Source of the DNA: Octopus bimaculoides
Lineage: Eukaryota
Direction: 5' to 3'
Length of the DNA stretch: 64,000 bases
Assembly (NCBI RefSeq): GCF_001194135.2
Contig: NC_068981.1
Location: forward strand, 20,186,092-20,250,091
The notes beneath the pieces were generated by a model. That model did no database searches and was not told the DNA's origin. It saw only the letters and a list, made by a program, of their open reading frames with translations. The translations under genes and the position numbers were made by a program. This document shows positions 13,591-27,150 of this stretch, piece by piece (within the stretch, counting starts at the first letter, position 1; every line of letters starts with the position of its first letter).

Positions 13591-14463
13591 CATCTTGATG
13601 TGAATGAAGAACAATGTTCATTCTTTGAAAACACTTGATTACCTCTTTGGTTGTTGTTGTTGTAAACGTCTCTTTTCCTTATGTGTAGGTAACTATTTAG
13701 ATAGTAGAATGTATGTTGAAGGATGCTAAGCTGCTATTTCTTGCAGGTTGAACATAGAGGCTCCTTCATTAGCTTGAAATTCGTTTGGTGATTGCAATGT
13801 GTAAGAGAGAGACAAACAAACAGGCAGAGAGGAAGGTGAGTCTGATTAAAGGTGAACAGACCATGTATAGGTGTTTTTAGATGAAAATCAAACATGAGTA
13901 GGAACCACTGATTTGAATATATTAGTAAAGTATAAGTAATGTTTTAACAAAAGACCCACATGGTAGAATCAACATGTTATTAGAGAACCACCAGCTGATT
14001 ATGGTGCCAGAGTGGTACCAGCATTGCTGTTAAAACAAACATTACTGTCATATTTAGAGTGAGTTTTCTTAAATCTCCTCAACTCAGTCTTATAAAACTA
14101 CTTATTAGTTGGATTATTGTTCACTGTTACTGTATACAAAACTTGAGTTTACTGCTTCACTGGGAATTAGCTGTCTCTCTTAATATAACCTTTGACATGT
14201 CAATTGATGTATAGCTACTAATTCTCAAGTGGTCTCATCTATACTACACTAATTCTCAGAATTATTAAAGACTTTCAAAAGACAGCCAAGTGAATATTGG
14301 AAGTTGTCACCAAACAGCAATTATTCATTTTCTTATTATTAGTTTCTCACCAATAAATTTCTTTGTATGCTAATCTACATCATTACTTAAGTCATTTCTC
14401 CTTCCTCTAGATATTTAAAATAAACAGGGAATGTAAATAATAGATAGGTTGATAGATAGATAA

Positions 14464-14509
<46 letters not shown>

Positions 14510-14579
14510 TGACTGATAAATAGATATTGTATGTTATTTACATTTCCTGTTTGAACATTGGGTGACATGCCATGCTTGA

Positions 14580-14965
14580 AAAGATCCATGAAGCAAAATG
14601 AAATCATAGTCGTGATCAATGATAGTGTTGTGTAACTGGCAGGTAAAAAGCACTGTTCAACCGTTGGGCCTCACAGAGGCAGTGACAAGTGATTGAGACC
14701 TTTGGCAATATACCATACCCTAACCTTAAGACCTGTCAAGCCAAGTGAGATCATAGTCGTGGCCGATGCCAGCAATGCATAACTGGCATATAAAAAGCAT
14801 CCATTACACACTTGGAGTAACTGGCATTAGGAAGGGCACCCAGCCATAGAAACCATACCAAATTAGATTGGAACCTGGTGCAGCTCCCCAGCTTACCAGT
14901 TTCCAGTCGAACCGTCCAACTCATGCTAGCATGGAAAACAGACATTAAATGAAGATGTTGATGAT
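14580..14965 (+). mobile_element. RTE LINE 3' fragments: ORF end plus short 3' UTR and (GAT)n tail
   Basis: ttgggcctcacagaggc...caagccaagtgaga matches 35985-36065; ends aaatgaagatgttgatgatgat. Confidence 0.75.
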
Positions 14966-15079
14966 GATAATATTAATGTCATAAGAATTTATAAACTTTC
15001 AAGAGAATGTGATATAATTATTTTTGAAGAACTGGATCTGAAAGTTCATATAATACTATAAATATAATATTCTTTTCTA

Positions 15080-15466
15080 CACCAAAATCAAAATCAAATC
15101 AAATCAAATCACAATCAAATGGAAATTGTAGTTGTGGTCCCTGTGCCGGTGGCATGTAAAAAGCACCATCTGAACGTGGCCGATGCCAGTGCTTCCTTGA
15201 GAGGCTCCCATGCCAGTGGCACGTAAAAGTACCATTCGATCGTGGTCGATGCCAGCTCCCTCTGGCCCCTGTGCCGGTGACACGTAAAAAGCACCCACTA
15301 AACTCTCGGAGTGGTTGGCGTTAGGAAGGGCATCCAGCTGTAGAAACACTGCCAGATCAGACTGGATCCTGGTGCAGCCTCCTGGCTTCCCGGACCCCAG
15401 TTGAACTGTCCAACGCATGCCAACATGGGAAACGGACATTAAACGATGATGATGATGATGATGAGT
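15080..15466 (+). mobile_element. 5'-truncated RTE LINE 3' UTR with stem-loop unit array and (GAT)n tail
   Basis: (AAATC)n, three gtgccggtggcacgtaaaaagcacc-type units, then ggagtggttggcgttaggaagggcatccagctgtagaaac... as at 36480-36650. Confidence 0.85.
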
Positions 15467-15601
15467 CTAGGCACAAAGCCCGAAATTTGGGGGGAGGGAG
15501 GTGCCAGGATATGCGAAGGCTTGAAAGAAATGAAGCCAGTATGCTCTGCTGGATGGGTAATGTCAGTGTGCATATATGACAATATGCTAGCATGGGTGGA
15601 T

Positions 15602-15908
15602 AGCCAATTTGGGAAATAGGGATCTATCTCTTGGCCAGCTAACGGATTGTAAGGACTCTTATGAGCTTAATCAGCAAACTTAATCAGCTGTGCAGAGCTT
15701 GCAGCACCCACTCTCATTGATGAATGAGCCAGAATACTTAAAGACTCAATTAGACCTGAATATTTGTCAAAAAGTATTCTCACAATATGTCCATTTCAAG
15801 CACTGCCAGCTGCAAAATTAGGATTTCCTATTTGCTGATTAAGCTTGTAAGAGTCTTTACAACCTGTTAGCAGGCCAAAAGGTAGATCCTTATTCCCCAA
15901 ATTGACTG
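15602..15908. mobile_element. MITE with ~75-bp imperfect terminal inverted repeats
   Basis: 15604-15678 (ccaatttgggaaatagggatct...ttaatcagcaaa) is the reverse complement of 15831-15904, with scattered mostly transition mismatches. Confidence 0.8.
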
Positions 15909-16189
15909 GTCTAAGGGCGATAATCCATCCTCACCAATGCCAGAACGTTTAGCCTCTGATGATCTTTTGACCAATTGACCATAACAACTTTCCATCTCTG
16001 AGAGATGAAGAGTTAAATTTGTCTTTGTTAGAGTCTGATGAGCTGTTCACAAAGCTGCATCTTTCATGGATGCAAAACCGTTGGTCATTCTATGACCAGG
16101 CTTTAACTTTAGTGCTTTCTCTCTTTCTCACTCTCTCTCTCTCTCTCTATATANNNNNNNNNNGAGAGAGAGAGAGAGACAGAGACAGA

Positions 16190-16510
16190 GAGAGTGATAG
16201 ACAGATAGACAGATAAAAAGATTTGAATGGCTGGATAGGTGGACAGATGAACTGACAGACAGACAGATGGACTGACAGATAGACAGATTGGTGGGTAGAT
16301 GGACAGACTAGATTAGATTGGATAGCTAGTTATTTAGATCAATGGATGGAGGGACAAACAAATTGAATAAATTGATGGGAAAATGGACAGACAGAATGGA
16401 CTGACAAATGGCTGGACAAATAGCCAGAGAGATGAATGGACAGGCTGACAAACTGACTAGTTCAGATAAGGTGAATAGATAGACAGAAGAAAAGGCAGAC
16501 AGAGAAGTAG
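16190..16510. repeat. Degenerate (GACA/GATA/GATG)n tetranucleotide tract
   Basis: Repeated gacag/gatag/gatgg words; a cleaner (GATA)(GACA)n run lies at 14435-14520. Confidence 0.75.
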
Positions 16511-16826
16511 AGAACAAGACTATTATAGTACCTCATAGATGACTCACCATACCAACTTGTGGTTTGTTAATTCTTCTTTCAGTGGGATAAAAACGTGTGT
16601 ATGTGTGCGTTTGTGATTACAACAGAACACTCAGATACCAACACTATCATCATTAGGCTTATACATAATATGATAGAAACATTACTGTCAAAGTAAAAAC
16701 CTTCTATGGCTATAAATGTCTTTGTATGTGCATGCAATAATATGCAAAGTACCACCCTCATTATCACCAGAACTATATTTATAGAGTACTGATAAAATCT
16801 ATTCTGAACACTTCGAACACATGCAC

Positions 16827-16885
<59 letters not shown>

Positions 16886-17418
16886 ATGCATGTGTGTGTG
16901 TTTACAAGATTACTTACACTCAGACACCACCAACACAGCCAAGAGTACTGATAAACCTTTTGTGTGTGTATGTGGTTAGAAAGTAACATTCCATCATCAC
17001 CACCACCACCACCACCACCACCATCATGTGAGATTGGCTGAGATATTCTGTGCATATGTCTGTGTGATGCTCAGTGTAACTGGGAGGTAACATTGCCATC
17101 TGCCATCACCACAAATGATCTCTCAACCTGCTGAGATATCAGCTAAACTTTTTCATATCACACTCTAACACTTTACAAAGAAATGATATATTGAATAATA
17201 TATACTCTTAGATACACTATGCTTAAAAAAAACAAGACAAGATGATTGCAGCTGGAATATCTTTAATCATTGGTCTTTTTGATTACTTTAGTATTACTTT
17301 CATATCACTAACCCACACATATATTCTTTTATCCAAATTACAAAATTTCAGGTCACTACACTCTATATATGAAATTTTTTTTAATACATCTTTTAGTACA
17401 TTCATATATACTTATGTT

Positions 17419-17792
17419 GTGGAGACGCAATGGCCCAGTGGTTAGGGCAGCGGACTCACGGTCATAGTATCGCGGTTTCGATTCCCAGACCGAGCGTTGT
17501 GAGTGTTTATTGAGCGAACACACCTAAAGTTCCACGAGGCTCCGGCAGGGGATGGTGGCTGTACTCTTTCACCACATCTTTCTCTTACTTCCTGTTTCTG
17601 TTGTGCCTGTAATTCAAAGGGCCAGCCTTGTCACACTGCGTCATGCTGAATCTCCGCGAGAACTACATTAAGGGTACACGTGTCTGTGGAGTGCTCAGCC
17701 ACTTGCACGTTAATTTCACGAGCAGGCTGTTCCATTGATCGGATCAACTGGAACCCTTGACGTCGTAAGCGATGGAGTGCCAACAACAACAA
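17419..17792 (+). mobile_element. tRNA-derived SINE family B, full length, with 13-bp target-site duplication
   Basis: A box tggcccagtgg (17431), B box ggtttcgattcc (17474), (CAA)n tail; TSD atatacttatgtt at 17406-17418 and 17793-17805. Confidence 0.92.
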
Positions 17793-18830
17793 ATATACTT
17801 ATGTTATTTTAATCCATGCTATTGGATCATTTGAGTTATTTCCTTAGGTTCAAGTCTTATTTTTATTATCCAAATGAGTGTTTTGGCCAAAAGATAATTG
17901 TACTTTTTTTTTTATTCACAAAAACCCATGTTTATCGATCAAATAGATTTGTGTTGTTTACACTTTGCTAATAAGGTCTAATAAAACCAAAGCATGATCA
18001 TTACTGTCACCATCTCTGCAAACAATGATCCAATTTTCTTTTGAAATTATCTACCCTTTGTGAGTCATTAATGAATGCTGATATTTTGTTTTTTTTTTAC
18101 TCCTTCAAGTCAAAGGAAAATTTCAGTTTATGTAGAATCTTTGTATACATCATGCAGTGTGGCTATATGTACTTGCTTGATTTCACCATGTCATTGGCTT
18201 ATTTTAGTTATTTCCCTTGCATAAGTTTTGCTTTTCATTACACTCAACTACCACACCACTGTATAAGCCAACAAAGAAGCCTTTTTACTCAACCTACTAA
18301 AAATAATAGGCAAATCTCCCTCAATTCATACCCTGCCTTCTTAAAAAGAACACATAGGATATGATGTGATCACAGATATTCTGTATCTGATCAAAACACC
18401 AAGAACATCAAATACCCCAAGCAATGCGTATGAGTGTGTTCATGTGTATGTGTGTATGTATATATGTGTGTGTGTTAATGTGTATATACCCATACCCACA
18501 TGCGCATAAATACATATGGGTGTGTGTTATATATGTAAGTGTATGTAGATATCTGTGCATGTGTATTTGAAGAAACATATTGGAAGATAATTGGTATAGA
18601 AGAATATGTGTATATGTTTTCAAATGTGTTTAAATATTCTTCACAAAATTACATTCTGCACCAGACACTCATATAACAATAAACTGATACCATCAAATGT
18701 TTTACATAGCTTACTATTTTGTTTGCAGTTAAAATATATTTTCTAGCAGTATTTTGATATGAACAAATGTTTTACCGATATTCTTTGATCTCAAAATTGT
18801 GATTATATTCAATTTGTCTGCCTTCATCTC

Positions 18831-18870
<40 letters not shown>

Positions 18871-21800
18871 TCTCCCATATCTCTCCTTATCTCTCTCCTA
18901 TATCTCTCCTCTCTCTCTCTTTCTTCCATCTCTCATCTCCCCTCTCTCCTGCTACCTCTCTTTTTTCCTTTCTATACCCTCACACCATACAGATTCAATA
19001 TAGTATCTCTGTAAACCTCTGTAACAAAGCGGTTCTAGAATACACTGCCATTCTTACCAAAGACAGTTGTATATTCCATCTGTACTATTGAATAAAGATT
19101 TTTAATTCAATCAAAGCTATGTCATACCTTTTATTAACAGGCTGATAACTTTTGTATTTATCTGTTTGTTTTTTTCATGCTCTCCTCTCCAATCTGACAC
19201 ACTTTCCTCATTAGAGAAAACATTTACTTTCATAATTTTTTAAAATCTGAACTGATTTAATTTTTCATTACTCACTTCATTTAAAAGATAATTTTTAATT
19301 TTTATATTTTCCAAATTCTTGATAATTTTTTTCTCTCTCTTCATATAGATTTTTTCATTTTCTAATTTATTTCAACTTATAAAACAATTAGTTTGAAAAC
19401 ACATGCCTTCAATTTAAATTAATTTTATTATTGATTTCCCTTTTTTAAACATCAATTAATTAACACTCTAGATAAAAAAAAAAAGCTATTGTATCATTTT
19501 ATTTTCCATTTATTTGTTATTTCTCAAACATTTTGTAACACCCAAGGATATAAAATCACACGAAATGATAAATATCAGATGTGTTAGAGATAAGGGGTGG
19601 TTCTGGTCAGTATTGATAGACATGAAATCACTGAAAACAATGCTGGTTATTGAAGTAAAGTTAAATTTTACTTTATATCTGCAGTTACCAGGAAATATAT
19701 TTATTTTTATAATGAAATATAAGAGTTAATTAATCTTGTGTTGTTTGATATTTGAAAGAAATCTTGTCAAAATATTAAAGACGGTTTCTGCAATACAATA
19801 CTAGTTTTTTTTTCCCCCATCTCTTATTGTTGGGCATGTTAACATGACATGTTACTGTATACATGGAAATATCTATATCTTCCTATATTATGCTATGATG
19901 GTCCGTTGTTATTGAAACATTTCCTTTGCAACAAAATAAGTGACAAGGTTATTTTGTTAGAGTTTGGATGTCAACCATTTTTATGGACATATGTCACACC
20001 ACAGTTTCAATCAGTGAACTTGAGAAAAGTTTTAGAAATCTTCACATTTCACTTTCTAGACATGTACAATAACTCTTTCTTTCTTTATATATATATATAT
20101 TGTCAATATGTGCACTTTAGAAAAAAAGAAATATCTCAAGATTCACTTAAATATTGAAGAATTATTATCTCAATCTATATTTTCATTGAATTGAGTCTAA
20201 TAATAAAATATTTCATTGAAATTAGAATGAAATCGCCAATAGAAAATATGAATGACAGTTTTATCTTATAATGTCAGTATCAGCAATCTATAAGTCTCAG
20301 CAAACTAAGTATAACTGCATTGTGATGAGCATAGCCAAGAAGTTGAAAGTCATAAAATGATTTATTTTCACTTTTACTGCTACTGCCATGTCCTCAATCA
20401 ACAGGATAGTCTATCTGTGTAAGGTAAAAATCTACTTATATTATTGGCACTGTATATACTGACAGGATTTCTTGCTAGATGTAAGACAGAAATCAATGCA
20501 AGAGCTCAGTCTTTCTAAAATATTTCCACAGCCATGTTTGAATTCTTCTCTTTTTATTCTACTTGGGAAGTTAACAACTTTGCAGAAAAATATTTCAAAA
20601 TAGAATTTAAATTTGTATTTAGGCCGAAATTTCTTTTTTCTTTTATCCTTTTCTTATTCTTTTGAAATTAGAAACTTCACTTCAAGTATCTTTCCTTTCA
20701 ACAATTGTGGAGAGTTTTTCCTCACTACACTATACTTCATATGGTTGTCATTATTGTAATGCGAAACATCTTCACCAGAATTAAAATGTTATTATTTATA
20801 TGTTGTTGCCTTCTATTGTCACAAGGGAAAAGTTCTATTTTAGATTATAACAGAAGTTTAAATTTGTTCATATGCCCCCTGTTGATAATCTAAATAGCAT
20901 GGTGCAATTTTACACGAAACCAGTGAGACAGTTCTAAGCTTTGACCACAATCATATTTTAAAACTTGCATATTCCTTCTGGTGCACTATATATATATATA
21001 TATATATATATNNNNNNNNNNNNNNNNNNNNNNNATAATAAGAGTGAAAAAACTACAGAAGGTTTGTGTTACATGGTTAAAGTATATATTTAAATTATGT
21101 CAGAAAAATGTTAGAAAAATGTTATAAAATCTTTTTGGTATATAAACATTGTATTTTGAGAAATAACTGGTTTCGTGTTGTCTTTTCAAATTTCTCTACT
21201 TCATTGTAACGTGTTCGCTGCAAACATATATGTATGTATGTATAAATACATACATACATACATACATACATACATACATACATGCATGCATGCATGCATG
21301 TATGTATGCATGCATGCCTGCACCTATGTATATGATCATTTTCATGTTTTCCATGCTGGCTCAAGTTGAACAGCTCATCACAATCTGAATCAGTTCTTAT
21401 TTAGCGTCATGCCCTCCTTGGCTGATTAGAGGACCATTGCCACTTATGTATTTCAGGTTTTGACATGGTTTCTATGATTAGATATTCTCCTTTAAAAAAT
21501 ATTCTCACAACATATATACACATTCAGACACTCAGAAAGGCAACTCACTATCCAAATATATCTGGATTTGAACAAATGATTGTATAAACAATATAAAATT
21601 GATTGGTCTGTTATGGAAAGTATATTACCCCAACATTAATGTGATCTTTGTCTCAGAAAAGCTAGTGATCTTATTGCTTTTGTAACTTTCCTCCTAAAGA
21701 TCTGCATTGAATTTTTGCAGACACTGTCAATATTTATTGAGCAATTTCCAGATATCATCTGGTTAAAATAATATATTTCCCACACAATGGATTTGCTATA

Positions 21801-22329
21801 TCATGAAAAAGTGCCACACATTCATTCAATTGTTCATTAACACAAAAGCTACATAAATAATAGCCACCCTCCTTGTTTTTGTGTGATCTACACATATGAC
21901 ACTAAAGATATGAAAATATCATGTACCTTTACATGAAAATAGAATGCATTACATATTTCTGCATGGAAAAACTAAATAAGTAAATGTGTGAATTTTGTAC
22001 AGATGCATTTATCTAGATGCCATATCTTCATGTGTTTTCAGATATTATGGAAACATTTATATTTGTTGAAAATTGTTTAGCAGAAATGTTACATAGATTT
22101 AAAGAGGATCACTACATCAACAATAGTAGATTCGTAACATAAGAGTAGATGAAAAAGAGATTAGGTAAGTTTTAGAAAAAATAAGTTGAGAAAAGAGAAA
22201 AGATTGAACAGGAAAGAGATGGCAGAGTAAAGATGAAGATCTAAAGAATAAGAACTTCAGAAGTAGGTGTATTCATGTGGTTTTAGTTTTGTGAAGGTGA
22301 TGTTTCCCAGTTTCACACTATGCTTCTCT

Positions 22330-23900
22330 AGTTGCCTTCTCTAGTCTTGATTCTATAGTTTTTTGAGAATTTTCTTTTTCTCTGTTGTGCAGAGATCACA
22401 TCTGTTTCCAGTGAAGTAAGGTTTAGATTTTTTGAGGATTTCATTCCATAACATGAAGCTTACTCTTTTAATTGCTGGATGTTATCAGTTGATTTTGCTG
22501 TGTTCTTTTTTTTTTACATGTCTAAAGGAGTATGATTTACATGCCAGTTCTAGTTTGGATTTTATAAAGGTGACCTTTACTTCATAAATTATAGCTTCTG
22601 TGTTGCAGATTAAACCAGTTTGCAGATATTTGTGTTTCTACATGATCAGGTAGCTTTAGTTTTGTTCGTGTGTGAGTATGTGTATGTGATGTATTTTTCA
22701 TGTTTATGGTACAACTGTAGCTTAATTTCAAGTCAAGTCTGTTAAAACTTTCTTCTATATTCGTAGTTAGCAGGAGAGTATTTGTCTACTGTATTAGATT
22801 TAAAATTTAACAAAAATGAGTGGTGTGAACCATATATACCAGCACCTCTTTTCTACTCTTTGTGAAGATAGCAAAGTGAATAGGTCATTTTCTCTTTGAA
22901 TCCACAAGCTAATAAAGTGTTATTGGGAGTTAGATTGAAAATCCTTCCATCAATATTGATGTCCTTAAAAGCTATGGGATTTGGTATGTAAGATTTTTTC
23001 ATTGAGCTTTAGTTGTAAAATCTAGTGTAACAGCAAAGAAGTTAACTGTAGTTGAGTTAGTGACTACAATTCTTTTACATAGAAAGCACTAAAAGTGTGG
23101 ATGGTGTACTTAATTTGTCTAATTCTTTTTTATATTTGTTTGTTATAGATTACCAACCCATCATCTCTGCAAAGACCAAAGTCTGTTTTAAATGATAATT
23201 AAATATAACTAAGATGTGAAATTGTATATAGATTACATATATTCATGTTGTTATATGATCCAATGCTTACATCCAAGAAATTTCTGATGTCAGGTTTTTG
23301 TTTTTCACCCAGGTATGGTTCTCATTGAAAGTTAGGGCTTTCCTGGCATGCATTATTATTTCCATATTGTCATCTATCATATTGTCACTCAGCAAATTAT
23401 TTTGTGCTGCATTTTAGTGTTTTACATTTATAGACTTATAAAATTCAACAATATCAAATTGACTGAATGCTGAATTTGTTTGTAGATGTGTCTATTATCA
23501 ATACTACTGAACCAGCTTTCACCCTTTCATTACCAACCTGGCTGAAACCAGCTCTGGCTCTGAATACAAATGTCTTGTTTTCATAAGTTTTGAATTAAAA
23601 TCTTCCACCAAACCTTAGTCACAATTTATGTTCCTAACACTAGCTGAATGATAACTAAGTTATTTTACTAAATTCTTTGTTATATTTAAAGTAATTGAAA
23701 GAAACACAGAGCATCTCAAAATAAATACAGTAACAAAAGGCTTAAACATTATTCCTATTATTCCATTGTTATTGATCTTTCTCATGTTATTACTGATATT
23801 CTTTCAAATTTTTTTTACTAAATAGTTCTGTCTTGGATTTAGCTGGATAAATTGACCTCCATTTAAAATTTGGTACAATTTTTTTTATGGTTATTAGTTG
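22330..23900 (-). mobile_element. Decayed Penelope-like element (RT plus GIY-YIG endonuclease)
   Basis: Minus-strand motifs occur in the expected order: IYPAKSKTELFSKK, QFDIVEFY, IIMHARKALTF, DFGLCRDDGL (23159-23184), VNFFAVTL, IWFTP, LKLSYSCT, IIYEVKV, EILKKSKPY..RCDLCTTEK. Many stops and frameshifts. Confidence 0.8.
23518..23745. mobile_element. piggyBac-type MITE nested in the PLE
   Basis: ttca|ccctttcattac ... gtaacaaaaggc|ttaa: CCCT-type TIRs with a degenerate TTAA target. Related diverged copies at about 30135-30350 and 38225-38400. Confidence 0.7.
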
Positions 23901-24559
23901 TTATAGATTTTTGGCACTAAGTTGTCTGCTTCTTGTAGGCTCATGTCAATCACTTGTGATGCCTGTTTTTCAGAAGAAGCATGGTTCAAGATATTCAGCT
24001 GTTGTACCCCCTCTGTGTGTGGTGGCCCTGTTGTCAAATCATCTCTTTTTTACAATTCTCTCATGGTTACTCTTTGAGAGTCGCCCCTCTTGCTGGTTCA
24101 ACTCAATTTACTACACATTGTTCATCCATTTGATGCCCTGGATTGATGCTTCAATCCAGAACTGTGGGAACAGCCAGCCTTTTCAATGATAACTTTCTGA
24201 GACACCGTAAGATCAAAAGTTTTGTCCATGATTGCAACACTATGATTTTCTTTTAAAAAACTTTACATATATCATTTAAAAAATAATCACATGCAAATAT
24301 TGATTGAGGAAATATAATGCAAATTTGCTGAAACAGTATTATTGTCTTATATTGAGATAAGCAGAATTCACCTATTTGTCTATACACTTACACTTGTTAG
24401 TCTACTGTAATCATTCTTGAAATTAGTCAGAATGTTCATCGATAAAACTGAAACATTACTGCCACATTTATTGTGCATAAGAATAATAACTTTTATTTGA
24501 ATATTCATTTTTTTAGTTTTAATATTCTAATTTTGTATTACACATTTGTATATATGTAT

Positions 24560-24790
24560 GCAATAAAATATATATTACATAATTTAATATAATGTATAAA
24601 ACATTTATATATATTAATATATATACATATATATATATATATCATACATATTATTATATATATATATTTATTAATAACATATATATTTTAAATATTTATA
24701 AAATATGATAATAACAATAATAATAATAATAATAATAATAATGTAAATATAAATAAAACATGTATTTAATATGATATATGCAATGTTATA
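24560..24790. repeat. AT-only low-complexity tract with (TA)n and (AAT)n
   Basis: Directly visible. Confidence 0.9.
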
Positions 24791-25962
24791 CATTTGAATA
24801 TTCCAGCTTATGAACGAAAGAGCAAGTGAGTTTTCAATATGTGATTTAGGGTATTTATACTGAATTATTTTTATTGGGACTTGAGTTCTATGTCATTGCA
24901 ATCATCAGGTGAACTGTGTCAATAGTTTCTTCAAGCTTGTTCTACACTGGATGGAACAGTTTCATTCTTTAGTGTATCACTGTCATTTTCATTGGTCACT
25001 TATAAACATTTTCTTAAGGTATTTGACTATAGTTGCTACCATTTCCTTTATTACATTTTCATTGGTTGGCTTCATTGTCCATTTTATCTTTTTTATACTT
25101 GTCATGTTAGTACTTTTCATTGACCAGTTCAACAGCCATCCTGGACCTGTCTTTTTCATATCAATATATTTTACCCAATTTGTTCATCTTTATGTTGCTT
25201 TTTATTGACTAATTCAATGGTTGTCCTGTTTCTGGTTAATAGTTTTGTAATCCTATACAGTTTTGAAAAACTTTTTATTTGTTTATTGCTTTTCATTAGT
25301 GGGTGACTCCTACCCTACTCTTCTCTATCTGTCATAATTTCCTGTTTTGATATAAAAATTTATTTTCTTATCATTTTTCATTGCCCTGTTTGTGTTTGTT
25401 GTTTATGTCATCCTGTGCCATAAAGTTGTCATTTTGTCTATTTCATGGCAAATTATTTTTCTATCTGATATAGCTAAAGATATGTTTTCATATACTCCAT
25501 GGCAATTTGCATTTTTTATCTGATGTCACTAAATTCTCGTTCTTTCTTTGGATTACTTTGTTGGCTACTTTGTTTTATTGTTCCATTACCACTGGCATGT
25601 CATGTCTCTGCTGCCTTCCCATTGCTATCGCATCAACAGATAGTTACTCTGTTTGCAGTTCAGAGTAAATTTTAAAATGAGTTTATTTTGATGTCTGCAG
25701 CATATTATCACTTCAAATTTGTTGAATAGTCTTATGTTTTGTGCAAGTTGTGTTATAACTTTCTGTTGTTCAGACTTGACTATTCTAAGCACAATAGCAT
25801 GATAAAAAAAAATGAGATATACAATTAAAAACTAATGACAGATATTAGGAAAGCTGATCAATGAAACTGAAACAACCAGCAAATTGTCTTATAAATAGAG
25901 AAGTTGGCAACCATAAATGGTTCTTCATAGAATATTCAAAATCTAAGCAATGAAAATTATAG

Positions 25963-26374
25963 CTCTTTACTCTATTACTTGTTTCAATCATTTGACTGCG
26001 GCCATGCTGGAGCACCGCCTTTAGTCGAGTAAATCGACCCCAGGACTTATTCTTTGGATGCCTAGTACTTATTCTATCAGTCTATTTTGCCGAACCGCTA
26101 AGTTACGGGAACATAAACACACCAGCATCGGTTGTCAAGCGATGTTGGGGGACAAACACAGACACACATATACATATATTTATATACATATATACAACAG
26201 GCTTCTTTCAGTTTCCGTCTACCAAATCCACTCACAAGGCTTTGGTCAGCCTGAGGCTATAGTAGAAGACACTTACCCAAGGCGCCACGCAGTGGGGATG
26301 AACCCGGAACCATGTGGTTGGTAAGCAAGCTACTTAAGCAAGCTACTTACCACACAGCCACTCCTGCACCTATG
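25963..26374 (-). mobile_element. SINE family A
   Basis: Same body and head as the 6150 copy; 13-bp tandem duplication taagcaagctact near 26322-26348. Confidence 0.9.
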
Positions 26375-26499
26375 TATACAAGAATTAACTTATTCCAAGG
26401 TATATTAAGCCAGTCTTTCTAAGACTATCTTTTACGTTTTACAACTCTTTACAGTACCATTTCACATATCATCTTCTGTCTGGTTGGGACCTTGCACCA

Positions 26500-26900
26500 T
26501 CCACAGATTTGGTCTTTCTGTCAGCAGGTTATCTCATAAAATTTTCCAGTTACTCTCCAGCAATAAGTCACTATAACCTCCCTTCCATCTGCAGTGACAA
26601 TTAGAACATCTTTGAATGTACAAATGACTTTCTTTTGTCCCTGAGGCTGTATAACTTTTACTCTGACGTTACAAATCACTAACTTATGATGAGTGATACA
26701 TTCTTCACCAGGGAAAACTTAGAACTTACAACTGCTTCTTGGTGAGAATAAAATCTATTTAGCTTTAGTGTTTGTTTGCTTGATTTGTAAATGATCAGGT
26801 AGATGGCTGCTTTACTGAAGTTTCTTTTGCAAATTAGTAGGTCTCTGCATTTCAAAACATCAGAGATATTGGACTCCACTCCATACTATAGCCTCCATAT
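26500..26900 (-). mobile_element. RTE-clade apurinic endonuclease (APE) domain remnant
   Basis: Minus strand gives degenerate LLICKRNF..HL..YKS..and KFSLVKN/PGEECITHHKLVICNVRVK, the typical end of the RTE endonuclease domain. Confidence 0.6.
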
Positions 26901-26989
26901 ATATGCTGGAGACACCATCAAAATGTTGTACAATATCTATTAAAAAATTTGGGACAACACTTTGATATCAAATATCTACTAAGAACCCA

Positions 26990-27150
26990 TAAGGCAGTGA
27001 GCTAGCAGAATCATTAGTACACCGAGCAAAATGCTTAGCAGCATTACATCTGTCTTCAAGTTCTGAGTTCAAATTCTGACTTTGCCTTTGATCTTTTTGG
27101 GGTCAGGCACTGGGGTCAGTGTAATTGACTTACCTTGTACCAAAATTTGA
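26990..27150 (+). mobile_element. tRNA-derived SINE family D fragment. Others at 57895-58050 (-), 59130-59280 (+) and 60720-60920 (-)
   Basis: gagctagcagaatcattag...gttctgagttcaaattc...tttgcctt motif is shared among the four copies. Confidence 0.7.

Noticed and set aside
17419-17495. tRNA genes at SINE heads (also 8341-8410 and 6520-6590)
   Set aside because: A and B boxes are present, but I see no clean cloverleaf and each continues into a SINE body.
19534-19590. EGF-like CNTQGYKITRNDKYQMC
   Set aside because: No upstream acceptor, an immediate in-frame stop and incomplete Cys spacing.
23887-24189. ORF with a signal-peptide-like start
   Set aside because: Abuts the end of the PLE remnant; no recognisable domain or splice signals.
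24900-25800. Possible LINE ORF remnant on the minus strand
   Set aside because: Composition is suggestive, but no motif could be identified with confidence.
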